DNA of 32,000 bases from Desulfotalea psychrophila LSv54. GTDB lineage: Bacteria > Desulfobacterota > Desulfobulbia > Desulfobulbales > Desulfocapsaceae. Shown in pieces: positions 8,983 through 18,244 of the stretch. The translations under genes were made by a program, and so were the position numbers. The notes beneath the pieces are model-generated. The model had not been told where the DNA came from, ran no database searches, and saw only the letters and a list, made by a program, of their open reading frames with translations. Positions within the stretch are counted from its first letter, which is position 1. Each line of letters starts with the position of its first letter. The stretch lies in the NCBI RefSeq assembly GCF_000025945.1, contig NC_006138.1:600001-632000 (forward strand), read 5' to 3'.

Positions 8983-11115
8983 ATGACACAAAATCTCTAC
9001 ATAACAGCCACAGAAGAGCGTAGCGGCAAGTCAGTAATTGTCCTTGGTGTTATGCAAATGCTGATGAAAGAAGTCCGGAATGTTGCCTTCTTCCGTCCCA
9101 TTATTAGCGACACAGAGCCCGGCGATGACGATCCAGACATTAATTTAGTGCTCGATTATTTTGATTTGGATATTCCCTATGAGGACACCTATGGCTGTAC
9201 CCTCTCCAAGGCCTATGAGCTCATTAACTCCGGCAAAGAGGATCAGCTTCACGACCTTATTTTAAAGAAATACAAGAAACTTGAGGCTGATCACGATTTC
9301 ATTCTCTGTGAGGGCACTGATTTCAGAGGATCAGACACCTCCTTTGAGGCAGAAATCAATGCCGATATAGCAGCCAACCTCGGAGCCCCTCTTCTTCTTG
9401 TTCTCTCCGGCCGTAAAAAGATCGAAAAAGAGATAATGCAGGCAACCCAGCTCTCCATTGATACTATGCTGGAAAAAGGTAGCTCCTTTGCCGCCTGCAT
9501 AATTAATCGGGCAGCAGAAACTATCACCCCTGAAACTTTCCACAAATTACAGGCAAAAAACCGCGCCCTCTCTCGCATTCCCTTTTATGTAATGCCTGAG
9601 AATTCGAACCTTGCCAGTCCCAGCGTGATGGATGTTAAAAAGTGGTTAGATGCATCGGTCATGCACGGCTCTGAAAAGCTTGCCGGCCTGGTGGAAAACT
9701 ATGTGGTTGCCGCCATGCAAATTGGCAACTTCCTCGACCATATCAAGCCGGGAAGCTGCGTTATTACCCCAGGTGATCGCTCGGATATCATTTTGGCCAG
9801 TCTCGCCTCCAAGGCATCATCTACCTATCCGGACATTTCCGGAATTGTCCTCACCGGCGATATGAAACCTGCTGAAAGCGTTCAAAAGCTCATCGAGGGT
9901 TGGCAGGGCACCCCCACTCCCATTCTCTCCGTGGCCACCAACACCTATCAAACGATCATGCGCCTCAATGAGCTCTATAGCCATATCCAGGCAAGTGACT
10001 CACAGAGAATAGCAACCGCTCTGGGAACTTTTTCCAAGCATGTTGATACCAAAGAGCTTACCGAACATCTGATATCGAGTATACCGACCACCATCACCCC
10101 GAAGATGTTTGAATATGCCCTGATGGAAAAAGCCAGCCAGGACAAACAACGCATTGTCCTACCCGAGGGCACCTGCGAGCGCATACTTCGAGCAGCGGAT
10201 ATCTTACTGAGACGCGGCGTTGCCAATCTCACCCTGCTGGGACCCGCAGATGAGGTTAAGAGCCGCGCCGCTGCCTGTGGCATGGATACACGTTGGGTGG
10301 AAATTATTGATCCACAAAACACCAACCTTCTCGCTCCCTTCGTAGATGAATATATGAAGGCCCGAGCCCATAAGGGCATGATTGAAGATATCGCCCGGGA
10401 CAGAATGACAGACCCTACCTATTTTGGCACCATGATGGTTCATACAGGCTATGCCGACGGCATGGTCTCAGGGGCAGAGAACACCACCGCCCATACCATT
10501 CGTCCAGCCTTTGAATTTATCAAGACTAAACCCGGTATATCCACGGTCTCCTCGGTCTTCCTCATGTGCCTCAGTGACCGGGTACTCGTCTATGGTGACT
10601 GTGCCGTAAATCCAAATCCTACAGCCAAACAACTTGCCGAGATCGCCCTCAGCTCAGCCGAAACTGCCCGTCTCTTCGGCATTGAACCCCGAGTGGCCAT
10701 GCTCAGCTATTCAACGGGATCATCCGGTAAGGGCGAGGATGTCGAGAGAGTCATAGAGGCAACCAAAATTGCTCAGGCTCTGATCATTGAGCGCAAGCTC
10801 GATATAAATCTTGAGGGCCCCATCCAATACGATGCGGCTATTGATCCGGATGTTGCCCGGACCAAACTGCCTAATTCCTTAGTGGCAGGCAAGGCGACAG
10901 TCTTTACCTTCCCTGACCTCAACACAGGAAACAACACCTACAAGGCAGTACAGAGAGCTGCAGGTGCCGTTGCCATTGGCCCCATCCTGCAGGGATTGAA
11001 CAAGCCTGTAAATGATCTTTCCAGAGGATGCACCGTGGACGACATTGTTAATACGGTAGCAATTACCGCCATTCAGGCTCAAGAAGAGAAGAGACTTTTT
11101 GCCCTGAAAAAATAG
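8983..11115 (+). CDS. pta: phosphate acetyltransferase (long form with N-terminal regulatory domains)
   Basis: 710 aa. N-terminus LYITATEERSGKSVIVLGVMQ (DRTGG/AAA-like). C-terminal PTA_PTB domain (GMVSGAENTTAHTIRPA, YGDCAVNPNP). GAGGA RBS. Followed by ackA. Confidence 0.92.
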   Translation: MTQNLYITATEERSGKSVIVLGVMQMLMKEVRNVAFFRPIISDTEPGDDDPDINLVLDYFDLDIPYEDTYGCTLSKAYELINSGKEDQLHDLILKKYKKLEADHDFILCEGTDFRGSDTSFEAEINADIAANLGAPLLLVLSGRKKIEKEIMQATQLSIDTMLEKGSSFAACIINRAAETITPETFHKLQAKNRALSRIPFYVMPENSNLASPSVMDVKKWLDASVMHGSEKLAGLVENYVVAAMQIGNFLDHIKPGSCVITPGDRSDIILASLASKASSTYPDISGIVLTGDMKPAESVQKLIEGWQGTPTPILSVATNTYQTIMRLNELYSHIQASDSQRIATALGTFSKHVDTKELTEHLISSIPTTITPKMFEYALMEKASQDKQRIVLPEGTCERILRAADILLRRGVANLTLLGPADEVKSRAAACGMDTRWVEIIDPQNTNLLAPFVDEYMKARAHKGMIEDIARDRMTDPTYFGTMMVHTGYADGMVSGAENTTAHTIRPAFEFIKTKPGISTVSSVFLMCLSDRVLVYGDCAVNPNPTAKQLAEIALSSAETARLFGIEPRVAMLSYSTGSSGKGEDVERVIEATKIAQALIIERKLDINLEGPIQYDAAIDPDVARTKLPNSLVAGKATVFTFPDLNTGNNTYKAVQRAAGAVAIGPILQGLNKPVNDLSRGCTVDDIVNTVAITAIQAQEEKRLFALKK

Positions 11116-11151
11116 TTCCATTATTGTCCAGCCCATGGGTCGGGGCATAGA

Positions 11152-11171
11152 AATATGCCCCACTCCTTCGA
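11152..11171 (+). other. stable 8-bp hairpin with GAAA tetraloop between pta and ackA
   Basis: GGGGCATA-GAAA-TATGCCCC. No following T-run. Confidence 0.4.
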
Positions 11172-11315
11172 GTTTGAAAAATCATTCCTGGCTCTTTTTT
11201 TATTAAACAGAATCTGTTTAATCACTTGAGCAATTGATGTTTTTCATGTATTTTGACACTCTTTTGAAGCACGTGACCCTATTTTTGTTCATTATTAGAT
11301 TAAGCGAGATAAAAG

Positions 11316-12533
11316 ATGAAGATTTTAATCATTAACTCTGGTAGTTCCTCCATCAAGTTCCAACTTATCGACATGAGCGACGAATCCGTTCTTGCCAGCG
11401 GACTTGTTGAGCGTATTGGTGAAACCGACACCACCGAAAAGAACATTAACTGTACCTTCCACCCCGGCACCGATAAGAAACACAAGATAGAGATCTGCCA
11501 GACCGTGGCTGATCACCGCCAAGGAATGTTGGCTGCTATTGAACTACTCGGTGACAAAGAGCAGGCTGTTATGTCTGATCTCAGCGAAATCGACGCCGTT
11601 GGACACCGCATCGTACACGGTGGAGAGACCATGTATCAGCCAGTTGTTGTTGATGAAAAGGTTATCGCAGAAATTACTGCTGCTATTCCTCTCGCGCCAC
11701 TTCATAATCCGGGTCACCTCGACGGCATCAAGGTTGCGCAGGAACTCTTCACCGAGGTTCCCCACGTAACTGTTTTCGATACCGCATTTTTCCAAACCAT
11801 CCCCCCCCACGCTCACATCTACGCTCTCCCATACGAGTTGTACACCAAGCACCGTATCCGTCGTTACGGAGCCCACGGCACCTCTCACAAGTTCGTAACC
11901 AACGAGTGTGCTAAGCTCCTTGAAAAGCCAGTTGAAGAGTGTAACCTCATCACCGTTCACCTCGGAAATGGTTCTTCCATGTCCGCCGTTGAAGGTGGCA
12001 AGGCCATTGATACCTCTATGGGTGTAACTCCTCTTGAAGGTCTTGTTATGGGAACCCGTAGTGGTGACATCGATCCTGCTATCATGGCCTTCCTTAACAG
12101 AAACCTCGGCATGAGCATTGAAGAAATTGACCACATGCTCAACAAGGAGTCTGGTCTTAAGGGTATCTGTGGCATGAACGATATGCGCGATATTCACGCA
12201 GCAGCAGACGCAGGTAACGAGCTCGCTGAGCTTGCTGTTGGTATCCAGACCTACAGAATCCGCAAATATATCGGTTCATACATGGCTGCCCTCGGTCAGG
12301 TTGACGCAATTGTTTTCACCGCCGGAATTGGCGAAAATGATGATATCGTTCGCGCTAAGAGCCTTGAGAAACTTGAAAATCTCGGCGTTATCCTTGATAA
12401 AAAGCTCAATGCCCAACGTAGCAAAGAGCCTTTTTGTATCAGCACCCCTGAGAGCAAGATTCAAGTTTGGGTTATTCCAACAAACGAAGAGCTTGCCATC
12501 GCTCGCGAAACCAAGGCAGTTGTCAACGCCTAG
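11316..12533 (+). CDS. ackA: acetate kinase
   Basis: 405 aa. MKILIINSGSSSIKFQL N-terminus, HRIVHGG, and RRYGAHGTSH motifs. Confidence 0.95.
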   Translation: MKILIINSGSSSIKFQLIDMSDESVLASGLVERIGETDTTEKNINCTFHPGTDKKHKIEICQTVADHRQGMLAAIELLGDKEQAVMSDLSEIDAVGHRIVHGGETMYQPVVVDEKVIAEITAAIPLAPLHNPGHLDGIKVAQELFTEVPHVTVFDTAFFQTIPPHAHIYALPYELYTKHRIRRYGAHGTSHKFVTNECAKLLEKPVEECNLITVHLGNGSSMSAVEGGKAIDTSMGVTPLEGLVMGTRSGDIDPAIMAFLNRNLGMSIEEIDHMLNKESGLKGICGMNDMRDIHAAADAGNELAELAVGIQTYRIRKYIGSYMAALGQVDAIVFTAGIGENDDIVRAKSLEKLENLGVILDKKLNAQRSKEPFCISTPESKIQVWVIPTNEELAIARETKAVVNA

Positions 12534-12608
12534 GGATGGAAATTTGGCCCGATAGATCAGCTCAGCACCAACTGTGAGGCCGATCTTGAACTTTAGGGCC
12601 CTTTCCAC

Positions 12609-12656
12609 GCTTCTCTTAAAAGAAGCTGGCAAGGCTAAGCACTGCTTAGTCTTGCC
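12609..12656 (+). terminator. two consecutive hairpins downstream of ackA (possible terminator, weak U-tract)
   Basis: GCTTCT/AGAAGC at 12609-12626. Then GGCAAGGCTAAG-cactg-CTTAGTCTTGCC at 12628-12656, 12 bp including one G-T pair. Confidence 0.4.
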
Positions 12657-12717
12657 GTCCTCCTGTTCATCTATTTCTTCATCCCCTCTCGCAAGCCATG
12701 AGTATCCGGTTCCTTTT

Positions 12718-12726
12718 TGCTAAAAT
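12718..12726 (+). promoter_or_regulatory. possible extended -10 promoter element for hslO
   Basis: TGcTAAAAT lies about 45 nt upstream of ATG 12772. The -35 is weak. Confidence 0.3.
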
Positions 12727-12771
12727 GGGCCCGACAGTAATCTCCTCCATCTTCATTCCTAAGGTTTTATT

Positions 12772-13656
12772 ATGTCAGACATCCTTACCCGAGTAATTTC
12801 CGAGAACGGCAAAACATTTGGCATTGCCTGTGATACAACGGCCCTTGTCAATGAAGCATGCCGCAAACATGACGTAGGCCCCCTGGCGGCAGTTGCCCTT
12901 GGACGTGCCCTTACCGGTTCAATACTGATGGGCGCCCTGCTCAAGGGCGACCAATACCTTCAGTTAAAATTTGAAGGAAATGGGCCCTTAGGTAAAATCA
13001 TCACCGAGGCATCACCTGATGGTTGGTGCAGAGGCTATATTGCCAACCCCCATGCAGAGCTCCCTCTTCTCAATGGACGCCTTGATGTTGCCGGAGGCGT
13101 TGGCCATGCGGGCCTGCTCAGCGTGACCAAGGATATTGGCATGAAACAAAAATATCAGGGCACCAGCCACCTTGTCAGCAGTGAAATTGGTGAGGATATT
13201 GCCTACTACCTGACCACCTCGGAACAGGTGCCATCGGCAGTAGGCCTTGGCATCCAACTCAATCCCAACGGCACAATCGACGCCGCAGGCGGTTTCCTGA
13301 TCCAGTCTCTGCCACCGGCAGATGAAGAATTAATTGCCAGCATGGAAGAGGTCATAGCAAACCTGCCATCTATCTCCAGTATGATCCTGGATGGGCAAAG
13401 TCCACGACAGATGCTGGACAAACTCTTCGGCGCCATCCCTCACAAGGAAACCGGCAACAGTAAGCTCAAATATCAGTGCAGCTGCAGTCGGGAGAAGATG
13501 GAAAACGCCTTGATCTCCCTGGGCGCAGCAGACCTTGCGAGCCTGCTTACGGAAAGAGGTGAGGCAGAGGTTCTCTGCGAGTTCTGCCGGCAAAACTACC
13601 ACTTCGCCGGCAAAGACCTGCAGGAGATCATTGACCGTCTAAAAAATATTCAATAA
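12772..13656 (+). CDS. hslO: Hsp33-family redox-regulated chaperone
   Basis: 294 aa. C-terminal zinc centre CSCS...CEFC (CxC-x(n)-CxxC). Overall Hsp33-like layout. Confidence 0.9.
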   Translation: MSDILTRVISENGKTFGIACDTTALVNEACRKHDVGPLAAVALGRALTGSILMGALLKGDQYLQLKFEGNGPLGKIITEASPDGWCRGYIANPHAELPLLNGRLDVAGGVGHAGLLSVTKDIGMKQKYQGTSHLVSSEIGEDIAYYLTTSEQVPSAVGLGIQLNPNGTIDAAGGFLIQSLPPADEELIASMEEVIANLPSISSMILDGQSPRQMLDKLFGAIPHKETGNSKLKYQCSCSREKMENALISLGAADLASLLTERGEAEVLCEFCRQNYHFAGKDLQEIIDRLKNIQ

Positions 13657-13660
13657 GTCT

Positions 13661-13692
13661 ACAATCCCGAAAACATGCTTTCGGGATTGTTG
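13661..13692 (+). terminator. hairpin terminator after hslO
   Basis: ACAATCCCGAAA (13661-13672) pairs perfectly with TTTCGGGATTGT (13679-13690). Short T-containing tail. Confidence 0.55.
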
Positions 13693-13734
13693 TCCAGTCT
13701 ATGCCTAAGCTTTTCCATAATGGCCCCCAGCAAG

Positions 13735-13840
13735 AGCTCACCCGAGTGCCTCGGATTCAGGGGCGCCTACGCCAGGAAAGACCTTGAACCCCAGCAGATC
13801 TCAGCCCCAATCTATCCGCTTAACTCCTCTCACTAAATAC
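13735..13840 (+). promoter_or_regulatory. candidate molybdenum/tungsten cofactor (Moco/Wco) riboswitch-like leader
   Basis: Contains CCGAG-tgc-CTCGG, GGCG-ccta-CGCC and the CCAGGAAAGACC and CUCCUCUC-type segments I associate with the Moco RNA motif. Lies upstream of a tungstate/molybdate transporter. Recognised from memory of the motif only, and about 170 nt from the start codon. Confidence 0.25.
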
Positions 13841-14012
13841 CTTATCCATTCATTTTCTCTTGCCCAGCCTCGACTGCAGGTTATTTTCAGTTGTTTTATC
13901 ATATAGTTTGAGCATATGCTCTTTTCTCTGGCGGCGTATTAGGAGTAGGATTATATCTTGCTTCATAGGCTTTTTCTATGCATCGAGATATCTGACTTAA
14001 GGAGTCAACATT

Positions 14013-14993
14013 ATGGGTGAAATACAAAAAATTATTGGCTGTTACTTCCTCTGTGCTGCCCTGGTTTTTCTGGCAGGAACCTCTTTTGCGGCAGACAAAG
14101 AGAAATTGGTTATTTTCCACGCGGGCAGTCTGTCCGTCCCCTTCAAGGTAATGGAAAAGGCCTTTGAAAAGCAGCATCCCAATATTGATATTCTCCGCGA
14201 GGCAGGTGGCAGTACAAAGATGGCCAGGATGATCTCTGAGCTGGGCAAACCTGCAGATATCATGGCATCGGCAGATTATGTGGTTATCAATAAAAACCTC
14301 ATCCCCAAATATGCTGATATCAATATCCGTTTTGCCACAAACCAGATGGTTCTTTGCTATACGGATAAAAGTAAATATGCCGACAAGATCAACAGCTCCA
14401 ACTGGCCTGAAATACTCTTGAGATCAGATGTGGTCTGGGGTCATTCCGATCCAAATCTCGACCCCTGCGGCTATCGTAGTCTGATGGTGCTCCAGTTAGC
14501 TGAAAAACATTATAAGATCGAAAACTTGAACGAAAAACTGTTAAAAGCACGAAAAGAGGAATGGGTTCGACCAAAGTCAGTGGAGCTCATCTCTCTGCTC
14601 CAATCCGGAAATATGGACTACGCCTGGGAATACCTGTCGGTTGCTGTTCAGCATAATCTCAAATATCTGACCCTGGACAATGAGGTAAACCTCAGCGATT
14701 ACAGCTACAACGATTTTTACAAAACTGCCCAGGTCGAGGTAAGCGGTAAAAAACCTGGAGTAACAATGACAAGGACAGGAAAGGCAATAACCTACGGAAT
14801 CACCCTGGTTAAAAGTGGGGAAAACCCCGAGGCAGCAAATCTCTTTCTGCAATATCTTCTCGATCCAAACGGTGGTTTGGCTGTTCTTAAATCCATGGGC
14901 CAACCGCCCTTTATCCCTGCCAGAATATCCTCAGAAAACATGCTGAAGCGCCTCTCACCTGAGCTCCAGCCACTGGTAGAAATCAAAAATTAA
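14013..14993 (+). CDS. wtpA: tungstate/molybdate ABC transporter substrate-binding protein (WtpA-type)
   Basis: 326 aa. Signal peptide ...AGTSFA/AD. LVIFHAGSLSVPF motif and size typical of WtpA rather than ModA. AAGGAG RBS. Followed by permease and ATPase genes. Confidence 0.75.
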   Translation: MGEIQKIIGCYFLCAALVFLAGTSFAADKEKLVIFHAGSLSVPFKVMEKAFEKQHPNIDILREAGGSTKMARMISELGKPADIMASADYVVINKNLIPKYADINIRFATNQMVLCYTDKSKYADKINSSNWPEILLRSDVVWGHSDPNLDPCGYRSLMVLQLAEKHYKIENLNEKLLKARKEEWVRPKSVELISLLQSGNMDYAWEYLSVAVQHNLKYLTLDNEVNLSDYSYNDFYKTAQVEVSGKKPGVTMTRTGKAITYGITLVKSGENPEAANLFLQYLLDPNGGLAVLKSMGQPPFIPARISSENMLKRLSPELQPLVEIKN

Positions 14994-15034
14994 TGAATTA
15001 TAATCTGAGGAGTTGACCCTTCTCAGCAACTAAA

Positions 15035-15067
15035 AGGCCTGGGCGAAAACTATCCCCCAGGCCTTTT
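15035..15067 (+). terminator. intercistronic hairpin plus T-run between wtpA and wtpB (partial terminator/attenuator)
   Basis: AGGCCTGGG (15035-15043) pairs with CCCAGGCCT (15056-15064), followed by TTTT. Confidence 0.65.
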
Positions 15068-15079
15068 GAGGTTAATAGT

Positions 15080-15877
15080 GTGAATCGTGTTTTGTCGCTG
15101 AAACTCTTTACCCCTCTCTGCCTGGCTGCATCCATAATGGTGTTGCTCTTTATCATAGTGCCCCTTGCTGAGATGATTTTACAGCCAAGCATGGCTGATT
15201 TGATTGAAACAGCCCATGACGAAGAGGTCATGGCCGCAATCTACAAATCGCTCTCCTGTTCCGGCGCTGCCGCAATGATTTCCGCTATCTTTGGTACTCC
15301 CATCGCCTACCTGCTGGCCAGGTCAAATTTTTCTGGAAAAAAAATCGTTGAGACCATCATTGATCTGCCCATTATGATTCCTCATCCTGTGGTGGGAATC
15401 GCCCTCCTCAGTCTTGCCGGCAGAAATCATCCCCTGGGACGACTACTTCAGGAGATGGGCTTTAAGATCCTTGGCACAACCACCGGCATTATCACGGTAC
15501 TCACCTTTGTAGCCCTCCCCTTTTATATCAATACGGCCAAGGCAGGATTTCAATCAGTACCGAAACGCCTTGAACAGGTTGCAAGAAGTCTGGGTGCAGG
15601 ACAGGGGGCAACTTTTTTTCATATCACAGTGCCTCTTACCTGGCGGCATATGCTCACCGGATTTATCATGAGCATGGCCCGGGCAATTAGCGAATTTGGA
15701 GCCGTGGTTATTATCGCCTACCATCCGATGATTGCCCCGATACTCATGTACGAACGTTTCACAGCCTATGGTTTAAAATATTCCCAACCCGTGGCGGTAT
15801 TGCTCATAATTATCTGCCTATTTCTCTTTCTTCTCCTCCGTGTTGTCTCCTCACCCATGAGTGCAAAAGATGATTAA
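15080..15877 (+). CDS. wtpB: tungstate/molybdate ABC transporter permease
   Basis: 265 aa, about 5-6 TM helices. ABC permease EAA-like loop (ARSLGAGQGATFFHITVPL). GTG start with a GAGG RBS. Confidence 0.8.
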   Translation: MNRVLSLKLFTPLCLAASIMVLLFIIVPLAEMILQPSMADLIETAHDEEVMAAIYKSLSCSGAAAMISAIFGTPIAYLLARSNFSGKKIVETIIDLPIMIPHPVVGIALLSLAGRNHPLGRLLQEMGFKILGTTTGIITVLTFVALPFYINTAKAGFQSVPKRLEQVARSLGAGQGATFFHITVPLTWRHMLTGFIMSMARAISEFGAVVIIAYHPMIAPILMYERFTAYGLKYSQPVAVLLIIICLFLFLLLRVVSSPMSAKDD

Positions 15878-16904
15878 AATTTCTCAGCTGACCAATAATT
15901 TTCCGGATTTTTCTGTTGGCCCTGTTGACTTAACTGTGGATACGGGGGAGTTTTTCGTTCTACTGGGGCCATCAGGTTCAGGGAAAACTGTTCTCCTTGA
16001 ATCTATTGTCGGGGTAAGACGTCCTGATGAGGGCAAGATCATCCTCAATGGAGTAGATGTGACAAAACTTGCTCCGGAAAATCGCAAGGTCGGAATTGTC
16101 TATCAGGACCAGGCCCTGTTCCCCCATCTCTCGGTACGTGAAAATATTTATTTTGGTTTACGTTATCAGCGCCAGATTGAAAAAAAAACCTTCTCTCTGG
16201 ATATGGTCATCGACACCCTGGGCCTGAGAGTTCATCTGGATAAATCCCCGCAAGCCCTCTCCGGAGGGGAGAGACAGCGAGTGGCACTGGCCAGAGCACT
16301 GGCCATACAACCACGGGTAATCTTACTTGATGAGCCCCTCTCCGCCCTTGACCCCTGCTTTCGGGGAGAGATTCAGCGACTGCTTAAAGAACTTCACTCC
16401 TCCTTGGGCACAACTTTTCTTATGGTCACCCACGATTTCAACGAAGCGTTCTACTTAGCCGATCGGGTCGGTGTTATCAGCAAGGGTACGGTTAAACAGG
16501 TGGGCACGATAAACGATGTATTCCTGCAACCTCAAAACGTTGAGGTGGGTAAGTTTGTCGGTATGAAAAATATTTTTTGCAGACGAGATGGTGAAACATC
16601 AGTGCATGTCGGTAATCTCAGTTTAACGCTCAACGCTCAGGCATCACAGAGTGCCTATGGCCTGCGTCCTGAAGATATTGAGGTGGCTGCCAAGGACTCT
16701 TTTCCTGCAGATTTTCATGTCGGCCAGGGAACTATTCAATCGGTGGTCCGGCAGGGCTTTGGTTGCGAGGTGACCATAGCCAGTGGCAGAGACCTGCTCC
16801 TCATCCATCTTGATCAAAAAAGCCTCAGAGCTCAAGAGTTGGCCATGGACTCTCCCATCCATTTTGGCTTTTCCCCAGCAAGCCTGCATCATTTTCCCAG
16901 GTGA
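15870..16904 (+). CDS. wtpC: tungstate/molybdate ABC transporter ATP-binding protein
   Basis: Walker A GPSGSGKT, signature LSGGERQR, Walker B ILLDEP. C-terminal TOBE-like domain. ATG 15870 overlaps the wtpB stop (ATGATTAA). GTG 15861 is the alternative start. Confidence 0.85.
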   Translation: MIKISQLTNNFPDFSVGPVDLTVDTGEFFVLLGPSGSGKTVLLESIVGVRRPDEGKIILNGVDVTKLAPENRKVGIVYQDQALFPHLSVRENIYFGLRYQRQIEKKTFSLDMVIDTLGLRVHLDKSPQALSGGERQRVALARALAIQPRVILLDEPLSALDPCFRGEIQRLLKELHSSLGTTFLMVTHDFNEAFYLADRVGVISKGTVKQVGTINDVFLQPQNVEVGKFVGMKNIFCRRDGETSVHVGNLSLTLNAQASQSAYGLRPEDIEVAAKDSFPADFHVGQGTIQSVVRQGFGCEVTIASGRDLLLIHLDQKSLRAQELAMDSPIHFGFSPASLHHFPR

Positions 16905-16915
16905 GCCCCTACATA

Positions 16916-18103
16916 TTATTTTTTTTGTGGGGAGGCAATCTGGCGCAGAAACAACCAGGCCATGGGAGGCAATATCAGGGCAAAGGCATAGAAGAGGAGG
17001 AAAAATGTCTGCTCCACCCCGACCCTATCGGCAAGTCTGCCCACCAATGGCCCTGTACAGATAAAGCCAAGGCGAAAGACAAGCGACTGCAAAGAGAGGA
17101 TACCGGCACGATTGGCCGAGGGAATTTCCCGCTGAGCGTGATTAAGCAGCATAGGCCCACGCAAGCCTCGCATGGTGGTGAGTAGATAGTAGAAGAGAAA
17201 TTCCCAAACTCCACCAACCAGCCCAAGACCCAGATAGCCGGCAAGAATCAAGAGGATGAAGAGGAGTACCATCCATCTATCCCCTATCTGCAAATGAGTG
17301 CGGTAACTGGACAGGGCCGAAACCGCCACACTCAGATTTGCCACAGCCCAAATCGGACCAAACCAGGCAAGGGGGACACTGCCAGCCTGCATATAGGGCT
17401 GAATCAGCCAGACCGGATAGAAGGAGGCCAGCCCCAGAATCAGGTTCAAAAGAATAGTATAGCGCAATCGCCGGTTCTGCACCAAGGCATAGTGAGTCGA
17501 CTGCAGGGCCTCGGCAAAATGACTTTTCACTACCCTTTTAACCCGCGAAGGCTCAATAAGGGTGCGGGTCAACATTAGGGCCAATATCCAGACAAACACC
17601 TGAATAAGGAAGGGCAGTTGCGGAGCCGTAGCGTATAGCAGTCCGGCAAAGAGGGCTCCGCAGGCCTCACCAATTTGGCCAAAACCGTTCATCCGACCTT
17701 CATGGCGGGCATAGTACTGTACCTCTTCACCTACCTTCAGAGTTTCATACAAGAGGGCACTATCTGCACCACTGATAAAGGAGAAGGAAATCCCCAGAAT
17801 AATCTCAGCAATCAGGACCGTGACAAAGGAATCTGCCAAAGAGTAGAGGCCCCAACCGATAATGCCCAACAGGGAGGCAAGGTTCAATACGGCACGGTAA
17901 CCGATCCTGTCACTCAGATAGCCGGAGGGGTACTCCATTACTACCATGGCAAGGGAACAGCCCCCCTGCAGGAGCATAATATTGGCAAGACTCAAACCAA
18001 TATGGTCCTTCCAAAAGAGGGTGATAATAGCCATGGGAAAGAGGCTCATCTTCAGAAAGGAGAAGAGATAAAGCTTCTTTATATTGGAGTTGTCAGTGTT
18101 CAT
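16916..18103 (-). CDS. MFS transporter
   Basis: 395 aa, about 12 TM helices. Motif-A-like GYLSDRIGYR. Convergent with wtpC (11-nt gap). Confidence 0.8.
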   Translation of the reverse strand: MNTDNSNIKKLYLFSFLKMSLFPMAIITLFWKDHIGLSLANIMLLQGGCSLAMVVMEYPSGYLSDRIGYRAVLNLASLLGIIGWGLYSLADSFVTVLIAEIILGISFSFISGADSALLYETLKVGEEVQYYARHEGRMNGFGQIGEACGALFAGLLYATAPQLPFLIQVFVWILALMLTRTLIEPSRVKRVVKSHFAEALQSTHYALVQNRRLRYTILLNLILGLASFYPVWLIQPYMQAGSVPLAWFGPIWAVANLSVAVSALSSYRTHLQIGDRWMVLLFILLILAGYLGLGLVGGVWEFLFYYLLTTMRGLRGPMLLNHAQREIPSANRAGILSLQSLVFRLGFICTGPLVGRLADRVGVEQTFFLLFYAFALILPPMAWLFLRQIASPQKK

Positions 18104-18244
18104 CGGCCAATATCAGAAGGAGCAAGGTCTGTTGGCAGACCCTTCTCCCCCCTGCAAAAAAATGTTTATTTTGATGTAAGTCTGGTATGTTAGGATAATA
18201 TTAACACGATATACATATTCTATGTCAATATTTTACGAGGTATT

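Noticed and set aside
11544-12197. 217-codon ORF antisense to ackA, plus smaller ones at 11325..11522 and 11957..12175
   Set aside because: They overlap an unmistakable acetate kinase and have no recognisable domains. Antisense artefacts.
16901-18193. Several plus-strand ORFs (16901..17185, 17294..17578, 17675..18193) opposite the MFS transporter
   Set aside because: Antisense to a 12-TM MFS gene. The translations are Gln/Gly/Pro/basic-rich and not protein-like.
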